In this document: positions 46,988 through 55,521 of the stretch, in pieces
Position numbering within the stretch: the first letter of the stretch is position 1
Layout of the letters: each line of letters starts with the position of its first letter
Source of the DNA: a virus
Length of the DNA: 64,000 nucleotides
Direction: 5' to 3' (one strand)
IMG/VR virus record: IMGVR_UViG_3300043411_001170
Span: 73,688-137,687 of that record
Made by a program: the position numbers and the translations under genes
Notes under the pieces: model-generated
Told to the model about the DNA's origin: nothing
What the model saw: only the letters and a program-made list of their open reading frames with translations
Database searches by the model: none

Positions 46988-48877
46988 ATGCAATTAAAAA
47001 GAGTTTTGGAAATAATTAAGATGGCTAGTAGTGATCCTTTTTCGAGTGCCCCTGCATTAAAGAAATTTTTATCCATCTTTTTACGAAAATGGAATAAGAA
47101 ATTCACTCAAATACCATTTGATGTTGGTGAAGAAGTACTATGGAGATATTACGATAAAAAATGGGGGGGACAAACAACTGTAAAAACAAATGACGGGAAA
47201 GAAGTTCCCCTAGCTAACATATTGGCTGATTTCGATGCTTTTACTTCCCCTAATTACCCATTAAAAGACAAACTACGAGAAGCAGTAACTGCAAAAAAAC
47301 AATTTCATACCTTATTGGCCGCAACCCCATTAGACGGAAAAATCAAACTGGCCGAGTACACCATAAGCAAGACAAAAAGTCCTGTTATAGATAGTTTATT
47401 GAAGGAAGCTATTGAATCTTGGAAATCTGGTATGGCATATATAGATGAAGAACCTCAAGAACAGGAAGGAGGTTTGGAAATACCTCAACCAGATGAGTCT
47501 ATTCCACCAGGAGAAGAAAATTTATCGGGTGATGATGTTTTGAGAGAAATAGAGAATAAAGGAAAAGACCAGCTAGATACTGTTCAAAAAGCACAAGAAA
47601 AAGATAAAACAACGCGGCCAGAAGCTACTCAAGATGCAACAACACCACCCACAGAAGAAGCTTTAACTCCAGAACAAGAAAATTTACAGAAGAAATTTCC
47701 TGGAGAAGAGACAGCTAAGACCAATAAGTCTTTTAGAGAAAAATTGTCGGGTGTATTTAAAGGTATCAAATCAATACCTGCAAAAATAAAGAAAGAAGTA
47801 TTAAATGCACCTAAAACAATGGTTCAATTTCTAACTGATCCTAAATTTAGGCAAGCACAATATAGTAAAGCCGCTGCTGCTATTAAGACTATGCCTGAAC
47901 GTGCTTTTAAAGGAATTGCAAAAGGCATGGATTCATTGGTTACTAATATTGTAGCAAGTGCTAAAAATGAATTTGTTAATATGGGGAAACTTTATAAATT
48001 CCCTTCAAAGATGGCAAATAAATGGAGAACTAAAAGAGATCAAATTAGGGAACAGGAAGGGAGAGAACCGTCAGCATGGGAATTAGTCAAAGAAACAATC
48101 CCTAAATTAAGAAAAACCGATCCAGAAACAGGGAAAAAGGTATGGGATGATGACGGTATCGACGATTGGATGCTCTTATTGGGAACAGGCGGATATGTAG
48201 CAACTGCTGCTCTGACATTTGGTGCTAATGCTGTAGGTGGTCCAATAGGACAAGCGTTACTTGCAACTGGAACTGCTGTTGGAAAAAGCTTGGCAACCCA
48301 CATTGCACTAAACGCTGTCGGTGATTTTGCTGGTGATATGATTAAGCAGACTATGGGTGCTAGTGCTGATTTGCTTAAATGGTTAGCATCAGGAGGAAAG
48401 AAATTAAAAGAGTACTTTGTTAAAAAATCTCCTGATACTGCATTTATGGGAACAGAGTGGGTTGAATGGTGGGGAAGTGTTGGTGCAGCAGCAGCTAAGG
48501 GAGATGCTGGTGCTGCTGCTTCAGAAAATGCAATATTTGAAACGTTTAGAACAAGCGACTTCTTTGATAAGACATCAGCTTATTTATCTGAAGTATTTGC
48601 AACAACTGGAAACTTTGTTGAGATGGTCGGTTCTAAAATAATTACTTCATCGGTTGATGACTATCAACTTTCTGGCACTGCCAATAATATAATTAAAGGT
48701 GTCCAAAAGAGTTTGGTAGCTAAACTGGAGAAAGGTGTCACAACAGAAGAATTAAAATTTTCCCTCACATTTGACTCTGATAAGTACGGACCTTCTCCAG
48801 AACCCGTGCCAAGTCAGAAAACAGCAAAATATTTGGTAGATCGTCGGTCTATTGATATGACGAAATTTAGGTTTTAA
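46988..48877 (+). CDS. Hypothetical protein with hydrophobic Gly/Ala helices (putative ejection protein)
   Basis: ORF 46976..48877, ATG at 46988 after GAGG; IKMAS at N-terminus, QKTAK at C-terminus; 'WMLLLGTGGYVATAALTFGANAVGG...'. Confidence 0.6.
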   Translation: MQLKRVLEIIKMASSDPFSSAPALKKFLSIFLRKWNKKFTQIPFDVGEEVLWRYYDKKWGGQTTVKTNDGKEVPLANILADFDAFTSPNYPLKDKLREAVTAKKQFHTLLAATPLDGKIKLAEYTISKTKSPVIDSLLKEAIESWKSGMAYIDEEPQEQEGGLEIPQPDESIPPGEENLSGDDVLREIENKGKDQLDTVQKAQEKDKTTRPEATQDATTPPTEEALTPEQENLQKKFPGEETAKTNKSFREKLSGVFKGIKSIPAKIKKEVLNAPKTMVQFLTDPKFRQAQYSKAAAAIKTMPERAFKGIAKGMDSLVTNIVASAKNEFVNMGKLYKFPSKMANKWRTKRDQIREQEGREPSAWELVKETIPKLRKTDPETGKKVWDDDGIDDWMLLLGTGGYVATAALTFGANAVGGPIGQALLATGTAVGKSLATHIALNAVGDFAGDMIKQTMGASADLLKWLASGGKKLKEYFVKKSPDTAFMGTEWVEWWGSVGAAAAKGDAGAAASENAIFETFRTSDFFDKTSAYLSEVFATTGNFVEMVGSKIITSSVDDYQLSGTANNIIKGVQKSLVAKLEKGVTTEELKFSLTFDSDKYGPSPEPVPSQKTAKYLVDRRSIDMTKFRF

Positions 48878-48893
48878 TTTAATAAAGAATAAT

Positions 48894-48934
48894 AATGATA
48901 GGTGTGATTAATTTCAAATTATGCCTATCATTTT
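48894..48934 (+). promoter_or_regulatory. G-U containing RNA hairpin upstream of sheath (terminator or leader stem)
   Basis: AATGATAGGTGTGATT-aatttca-AATTATGCCTATCATT. Confidence 0.55.
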
Positions 48935-49014
48935 ATAAAATCAATTTAATTGTATAATAAAAAATAAAATAGAGATTGTACTGATTCTTAATTATCTTTT
49001 TTGTAGGTGTTACA

Positions 49015-52000
49015 ATGGCTGATAACCTTAATAACTTTCCTGGGAAAATTTATGCTCCTCCTGGACCATATACTCAGACATTTAGTCAACCAGCAACAGC
49101 CACAACTCCTGATTTAAACCGAGTTCCCACATATATCGGAACAGGTAATGAAATTCTTTCAATCGAATCTCAAGAATTGGTTAGAGGTTCTTCTGCAAGA
49201 GTAGATCAAGAGATTGTAGACGAAGATGTTTCTGGACGATTGGTTGTAGAAATAACCATCGGTGGTGAAATAATTCTTGGACCTTATGACGGTGTCGGGT
49301 CTAGAGTTCAAGTAAGACATTATCCTATCGTTAATGGCAACGGAACGGGAACCGTTAGCAACGATAGAAGCCGTGTAGCAGCTACTGTAAATGGTGAGCC
49401 TGTCGTTGTTCTAGCTGTGGAAGGATTGAGAGGTCTTGTAACTCTTGGAAATTCAATAGGCATTGATGATGAAGTAAGAATAACTTATTTCTTCAAAAGA
49501 AAAGATACACAATTGACAGACGATGTCTCTGAACAAGTTACTTCAACTCCTGCAATTATTGAGGGGGAAATCGGACTAGCTTCTGGAGATACCTTTGAAA
49601 TCATTGAGAATTTCAATGATACTCTTCTATTCTCTGTAGATAACATTGTAGAGACATCTATAGTTATTGCAGAGGGTGATTACACACCTTCACAAATTGC
49701 TGCTCTTATCACAGGTGCAGATTTAGGAACATTATCTTCAGCAGCGTTCACCAATAATGAAGGAAAAATTGCTGTTCGTTTGCAGTCTGACCACTCCTTA
49801 CAAATAGGTAATGGATCGGCTAACGGCGTGTTTGGTTTTGTTTCTGGTGACAGAACTACAAGAGCCAACACCTTTTACACCTTTAATGGTCCTATCGTAG
49901 ATGGAACCAATGGTGGTGTTACGACAACAGATCCTTCTAAAGTTACTGTAAAAGTAAATAATATCCCTGTAGTTGTTACAGCCGTTGACGGTACGAATAG
50001 AGCCGTGTCTATTGCTCTACCTCCTGCTGTTGGAGATACTGTAGAAATTACCTATTACATTAATACTTGGCAAGATACTTATGATTATTTGCCAGTTCCT
50101 AATGTTGTAGAAATAACACGTTGCGGTTTAACACCTGGAAGAAAAGACTACGTCCAAGGTGTAGATTTCATTTTAAAAGATGATTTAATCATCTGGGGAT
50201 CTGCTACCGTTGTATCAACAGGTATAACAACGGAAAACTTTGCTGCTTTCGGTGCATCACAAGTAAGTTCAACACTTGTAGATCAAAGAGATTATTTATC
50301 TATTTGTGAACCAGTTGTTAATACTTCTACAAATCCTCCTACACAATCCAGAAAAGATTTCCAATTACAGTTTGTACCAACAACAGGTAATGGAAGAAAC
50401 ACTCCCCTTTCTGCAAACTTGTTTAATACTATTTCTAATAACAGACAAGACCTTGCTACTGCAAGACCTGATTTAATTTCTGCTTATTGGGGATACTCTT
50501 TACAAGATGCATTAGATCGTGGTCCTGTTCCAATCACTGTTGTAAATCCAAACACTAGAACAATTACCTTAAAAGATCCTGTTCCAACAAATGCCTTAGT
50601 ATGGGCAACTCTATACTATAATAATTTGTTAGACGGAACCTACACTCTATCGACTGTAATTCCTGGTGCTACTGGTGTAGGCGTATATACGGTTACAGAC
50701 TCTCAAAATAATTCACTTTATAATGTGAATTTAGGAACAAAGTCTCCTGCTTTAACAGGGGTGACTCTTGTGTTCCCAAGAGGATCTGAATTTTATCCAG
50801 ATGCTAGAATTGAATCCAATAATTCTGCCGTTCTTGCTGGTCCTGTAGATGAGGTTGTAACAGTTACATTTGCAGAAACTGGTGATTCTCCTGCAAAGTA
50901 TTCTGTAGATGGTCCTGGCTCTTACTACTTTGTAGACGCTGCATCTGATCGTCTTCGTTTAACGATTGATGGAGTATCCTTAGCTTCTGGTGCAGCAGGT
51001 CTTGATTTATCTAATCCTACTGGAGTGGCTTCTGGATTCTTTGCTTCTCTGTTAGGATCTGAAGTAGTCTATGATGCTTCTACAGGTGGAGCAACATATA
51101 CTATTGCCACAGAAGATAAAGATTTATCTGTAAATGTGGACGGAATTGTAATTAATTCTTCTGCAACTGTAGGTGCTGGTGCAACTGCCCAGGCTTATGT
51201 AGATGCATTAAATACAGCCGCTGTAGCTGGTGGAACAGTTGCACCTAAATATAAAGGTGCAACTCGATTTACCTCTGCATTTATAGTAGCAGCATCAGAA
51301 TATGACAGACTGAATTTCCACTTTACAGGAGATGTTGTTGGACTTTCTGGATTGCAAACACTTGTGTTAACTCCAGGAACTTACAACTCTGTAAACGCAT
51401 TAATTACAGAAATTAATACTCAGATTGGGTTATTAACTCCTCCGTCTAATGCAACAGGTAGCTATACTCTAGCCGTTCCCATTGTTGGAAATACAGTAAC
51501 TATTGGAGGTACTGTATTTACGGGTGTAGCTTCCGTTAGAACTATCGGTGGTAATAACTTTGATGTGCGTCCTGCTGCACAAGCTACTGCAACTATTACA
51601 GTAACTGCACCCGTTTTAGCAGGTGAGATTATCTCGATCAATGGAATCGATCTTACTGCTGTTTCTGGTGCTCCCGGTGTTGATGAATTTGATATCTCTT
51701 CGGGTGTTTCAAATACTATTGCTTCAAATATCAATACTGCTGTAAATGCTGGTGGAAACTCTTTTACAGGAACTGCAACTGGTGGTGTTCTTGGTAATGT
51801 TGTAACCTTAACAGCAGTTCCTGTAGGTGAACTCGGAAACGTACTTACCCTAACTACTACCGATGCGGTAGGATTGACTATTTCAGGTCCATTATTTACG
51901 GGCGGTATTGATGCAACAAATGATGCAGAATCATTAACTGCTGCAATCAATGATGCCTTAAACTGGACGGGTGATGCACCTGTTACTGCTTTACAAGCTG

Positions 52001-54621
52001 GTGCAGTGGTTAACCTAACTGCTGTAGTTCCTGGGATCACTGGAAATACAATTACCATTACTTCAAACAGTGGTAATATCGTTCCCTCTGGTGCTACCTT
52101 AACAGGTGCTGTGGCAGGATTCTCTGGTGATTTAACAGTATCTGCTGATTCTTCTGGCAGATTAACCTTTGCATTAGAGAAGGGTACGTTTAATAATTCT
52201 GGTTTCTTAGAATTTATCACAGATACTACAGCAACAAGAGATTTTGCAACATTAGCAGGTATTGATACTGCTGCTTCTGTAGGATCAACACAAACCAAAT
52301 TATATGACGGTCCTATTGCAACTAGATTTACCGTAGGTTCTGCACCTCTCTTATATGATCGCATCATTTTGAGAAACAGACTTATGCCTGGATCTGGAAG
52401 TATTGCACCATATCATAACGTTGCACAAACCCAATTAAAAGTTCTTGGATCTGGATCTTCAGATAAAATTGGATTTGTGTCTCAGCAAACAGGTATGGCT
52501 GGATATCAAGCTGTTATCCAAGCACCTACATTATTCGGTAGTGTAGGTTTTGCTGGGGGACAAGGAGCGTCAGGTCAACCTACTGTCGTATTCTATAATG
52601 GAACAGGTGTTAATGCAGCTAACAATGTGTTCAAGTTTACAATGGACAACACATCTGTTACTGTTACTTTCACTTCTTCTACAAATGGTACAGCTACTGA
52701 GTTAGGTCCAGTAGCCACAGCAACTACAGTATTAAATCAGATTGCTGTAGCTATGGCTGCCGCAGGATTTGGTGGTGGTGTAACTGCTACTGTAATCTCT
52801 CAACTTCTTGTGAGACAAGAAGGCGCGGGTATTAGACTAAAAAGCCCAAGAGTAGATCAGATCGGATCTATTTTAATTGGAAATGGAAATGCTAATACTG
52901 TGCTTGGTTTTGTTGAAGGTGTTTCTTCCTTTAGAACTCCTGTAGACACAAAAGTAGTAGCATCTGCATTAATGTCTAATGCTCAAGCACCTGGAGATAT
53001 TGCCGATTGGATCTTAGATCCATCTAATACTGCTGCTACCTATTTTGCTGCCGAAGCATTAGCAGGTGTTGTATTAGATGAAGTAAATGCAGAATATTTG
53101 TACTTACAATCTAGAACATTAGGTAGTAGCTCAAGTATTGCATTTGTAGATCCAACTCAACATAGTGCATTACTACCAGGAACTAGACTCATTGATAGTG
53201 TTGGTGATGGTTCAGTAGGTGAAGATGGTATTTCAGGATACTATGTAACATCTAATGACTCTAACGATGGGTCTGGAACCGTCAATGATTCTATCTTTAA
53301 TTCTGGTGTTGGACAAGACGGATTTGTCGGACAAACGTACAGAGATAAGATCACAGGATTAACATTTACTATCCTCCCAAGAGATAGTGGTGATTACCCT
53401 GTAGGTTCGTTCTTTACCTTTGTTGTTTCAAAAAATATTCTAACTAACGGTAATCTCCCAATCAGAGCTATTCCAGGTGTTGAAGTTCTCGTAACTTCTA
53501 CAGCAGGAACAAATGTTGGTGATACTGCATTAGTAGAAAATTTTGAAAAATCAGGTGAGGAGCCTGGAATTGGAGAGATCTATTATATCTCTCTCAACTA
53601 CACTAAATCAGATTACCAACACAGATTGTTTACAAGATTAGATACGATCCAAAACACCTATGGTGCTTTGTCTCCTAATAATCCTGTAACATTAGCCGCA
53701 TATTTGGCCATTCTTAATGGTGCGACTGTTGTAGGTATTAAACAGATACCAAAAGGTGATACTGGATTTGGTACAACTCAAGACTATTTGGATGCTTTAG
53801 TTGAATTGGAGCAGCCTTTTGAGGGAGGAGTTTTACCAACAATCCTAACTCCTTTAACAGGTGGAGCAAGTAGCTTACCATTCTTTAGAGAGCTTTCTAA
53901 ACACGTCGATCAAATGTCGTCTATCCGATTTAAGAAAGAGCGTACTGCCATCATTGGTGTATCTCCTATTACTACGGCAGACGATGCAATCACTATTGCT
54001 ACTGATTTAGAAAGTGCAAGAATTATCTTTGTTTATCCAGACTCTGTTCTTGTACTGGTTCCTAATAACACTGGTGGACAAGATGAATTCTTGGTTGAAG
54101 GTTTCTATTTAGCAGCAGCCCTAGCAGGTTCTGCAAGCTCTGGTCAAACGGACGTTGCTACACCTCTTACAAACCGAGTAATTAAGGGATTCAAAAAGCT
54201 TGGCCGTCGTCTGAACGACACACAAGCAAATAGAATCGCGCAAAATGGTGTGACTATAATGGTTGAGGATGGTGGGAACATTATTGTTCGCCATGAATTA
54301 ACAACCAATATGGAAAATATCAACACGCAGTTGCCTACAGTTACTTGGATTTCTGATGAGGTACAGAAGCGTGCCCGTTTAACCCTTAAACCTTTAATTG
54401 GTACAAAATTCTTAGAAGAAGTAATTAATGAAATCAATTCTAGAATCAATAATATGTACGATCAGATGGAACTAGAGGAATTAATTACAGATCACAGGGG
54501 CGTGAGTTCAGCAGTAGATCCTAACAATCCTACTATTGCGAGAACGAACTCATATTTCCGTCCTGTATATCCTCTACTCTATATTATCGCTCAATTTAAT
54601 TTGAGAACTAATATTTCTTAA
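49015..54621 (+). CDS. Contractile tail sheath protein, very large, with many inserted domains
   Basis: N-terminal 'YAPPGPY...PTYIG'; C-terminal core 'YLDALVELE...KHVDQMS...ERTAIIG...RIIFVYP...YLAAALAG...PLTN..I.GF...QNGV...IGTKF...YFRPVYPLLYI'. Confidence 0.9.
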   Translation: MADNLNNFPGKIYAPPGPYTQTFSQPATATTPDLNRVPTYIGTGNEILSIESQELVRGSSARVDQEIVDEDVSGRLVVEITIGGEIILGPYDGVGSRVQVRHYPIVNGNGTGTVSNDRSRVAATVNGEPVVVLAVEGLRGLVTLGNSIGIDDEVRITYFFKRKDTQLTDDVSEQVTSTPAIIEGEIGLASGDTFEIIENFNDTLLFSVDNIVETSIVIAEGDYTPSQIAALITGADLGTLSSAAFTNNEGKIAVRLQSDHSLQIGNGSANGVFGFVSGDRTTRANTFYTFNGPIVDGTNGGVTTTDPSKVTVKVNNIPVVVTAVDGTNRAVSIALPPAVGDTVEITYYINTWQDTYDYLPVPNVVEITRCGLTPGRKDYVQGVDFILKDDLIIWGSATVVSTGITTENFAAFGASQVSSTLVDQRDYLSICEPVVNTSTNPPTQSRKDFQLQFVPTTGNGRNTPLSANLFNTISNNRQDLATARPDLISAYWGYSLQDALDRGPVPITVVNPNTRTITLKDPVPTNALVWATLYYNNLLDGTYTLSTVIPGATGVGVYTVTDSQNNSLYNVNLGTKSPALTGVTLVFPRGSEFYPDARIESNNSAVLAGPVDEVVTVTFAETGDSPAKYSVDGPGSYYFVDAASDRLRLTIDGVSLASGAAGLDLSNPTGVASGFFASLLGSEVVYDASTGGATYTIATEDKDLSVNVDGIVINSSATVGAGATAQAYVDALNTAAVAGGTVAPKYKGATRFTSAFIVAASEYDRLNFHFTGDVVGLSGLQTLVLTPGTYNSVNALITEINTQIGLLTPPSNATGSYTLAVPIVGNTVTIGGTVFTGVASVRTIGGNNFDVRPAAQATATITVTAPVLAGEIISINGIDLTAVSGAPGVDEFDISSGVSNTIASNINTAVNAGGNSFTGTATGGVLGNVVTLTAVPVGELGNVLTLTTTDAVGLTISGPLFTGGIDATNDAESLTAAINDALNWTGDAPVTALQAGAVVNLTAVVPGITGNTITITSNSGNIVPSGATLTGAVAGFSGDLTVSADSSGRLTFALEKGTFNNSGFLEFITDTTATRDFATLAGIDTAASVGSTQTKLYDGPIATRFTVGSAPLLYDRIILRNRLMPGSGSIAPYHNVAQTQLKVLGSGSSDKIGFVSQQTGMAGYQAVIQAPTLFGSVGFAGGQGASGQPTVVFYNGTGVNAANNVFKFTMDNTSVTVTFTSSTNGTATELGPVATATTVLNQIAVAMAAAGFGGGVTATVISQLLVRQEGAGIRLKSPRVDQIGSILIGNGNANTVLGFVEGVSSFRTPVDTKVVASALMSNAQAPGDIADWILDPSNTAATYFAAEALAGVVLDEVNAEYLYLQSRTLGSSSSIAFVDPTQHSALLPGTRLIDSVGDGSVGEDGISGYYVTSNDSNDGSGTVNDSIFNSGVGQDGFVGQTYRDKITGLTFTILPRDSGDYPVGSFFTFVVSKNILTNGNLPIRAIPGVEVLVTSTAGTNVGDTALVENFEKSGEEPGIGEIYYISLNYTKSDYQHRLFTRLDTIQNTYGALSPNNPVTLAAYLAILNGATVVGIKQIPKGDTGFGTTQDYLDALVELEQPFEGGVLPTILTPLTGGASSLPFFRELSKHVDQMSSIRFKKERTAIIGVSPITTADDAITIATDLESARIIFVYPDSVLVLVPNNTGGQDEFLVEGFYLAAALAGSASSGQTDVATPLTNRVIKGFKKLGRRLNDTQANRIAQNGVTIMVEDGGNIIVRHELTTNMENINTQLPTVTWISDEVQKRARLTLKPLIGTKFLEEVINEINSRINNMYDQMELEELITDHRGVSSAVDPNNPTIARTNSYFRPVYPLLYIIAQFNLRTNIS

Positions 54622-54632
54622 TAATAAAATTA

Positions 54633-54665
54633 ATTAAGGAGCGGATATTTTGTCCGTTCCTTAAT
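54633..54665 (+). promoter_or_regulatory. RNA hairpin between sheath and tube, adjacent to the tube SD
   Basis: ATTAAGGAGCGGATA-TTT-TGTCCGTTCCTTAAT with G-U pairs and no U tail; GAGGT at 54668. Confidence 0.55.
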
Positions 54666-54678
54666 CTGAGGTAAATAT

Positions 54679-55395
54679 ATGGCAAATAAAGATTTAAATG
54701 GTACTTCGTATATTTATGATACGAATGCCACACCAGAAACAAGGGCGGTTATATCACAACGAGTTCGATTGTATACGCCAGCATTCGGTCAAAGAGCAGG
54801 AACAAAACACCAATTAGGTGTTGTATCGTCGCTTTCCGTAGATAATTCACGTTCCGTAGAACCTATTCGTGGTATTGGTTTTGGCGATCAGATTGCTGAC
54901 TTGGTTCCTGGTGTAACAGAACCAGAAACTGCATCACTAGAACGCACCATGTTATACGGATCTACATTAGCCCAAGCTACAGGGTATGGATATGGATTTT
55001 CTGGCCCCGTGAGAAGCTTACGCCATCACAAATGGCCGTTTGATATGGAACAACAAATCGTAACCTCTCAAATTGTAGATCGTGATATTTCTAACGGTGC
55101 CACAGATTTACCTGAAGTACAGGATGGTACAAGTACGGTTATGGGGGTAACAGTTCAAAATTATAACGCTAACAACAATCTTCCAGCAGGACAGCATTAC
55201 GCTATCATTACTATGTATGAAACTTGCTGGTTTAACTCTTTATCAGCAAGCTTTGCATCAGATAGTGCTATGGTATCGGAATCTGGTTCTGTTACAGTAA
55301 GAAACGTCCATGATGCCAACTCTGCTTATGGTGAATTCTTAAATTCTGGTAACAATCCATTCTTAGGACAAATCGGATCTAGAATTTATGGATAA
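54679..55395 (+). CDS. Tail tube protein
   Basis: Follows sheath; 'LGVVSSLSVDNSRSVEPIRGIG...LVPG...LERTML...ITMYETCWF.S.S..F......VSES..V.V'. Confidence 0.8.
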   Translation: MANKDLNGTSYIYDTNATPETRAVISQRVRLYTPAFGQRAGTKHQLGVVSSLSVDNSRSVEPIRGIGFGDQIADLVPGVTEPETASLERTMLYGSTLAQATGYGYGFSGPVRSLRHHKWPFDMEQQIVTSQIVDRDISNGATDLPEVQDGTSTVMGVTVQNYNANNNLPAGQHYAIITMYETCWFNSLSASFASDSAMVSESGSVTVRNVHDANSAYGEFLNSGNNPFLGQIGSRIYG

Positions 55396-55447
55396 TTATA
55401 ATCCATAAACAGATTATAAAATGGTAGTATAAAATAGAACAGAATTT

Positions 55448-55479
55448 AAAAAGGAAGTCTTAGGACTTCCTTTTTGTTT
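55448..55479 (+). terminator. Intrinsic terminator after tube gene
   Basis: AAAAAGGAAGTC-ttag-GACTTCCTTTTT. Confidence 0.8.
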
Positions 55480-55521
55480 GGGATGAATCCCAATTTGCCT
55501 AACTGTAGAGGTAATTTAATT

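Noticed and set aside
1492-49014. Shared late-promoter consensus in intergenic regions (e.g. AATAACT at 37021 and 39271)
   Set aside because: Cannot be distinguished from AT-rich background by eye; needs motif discovery on upstream regions.
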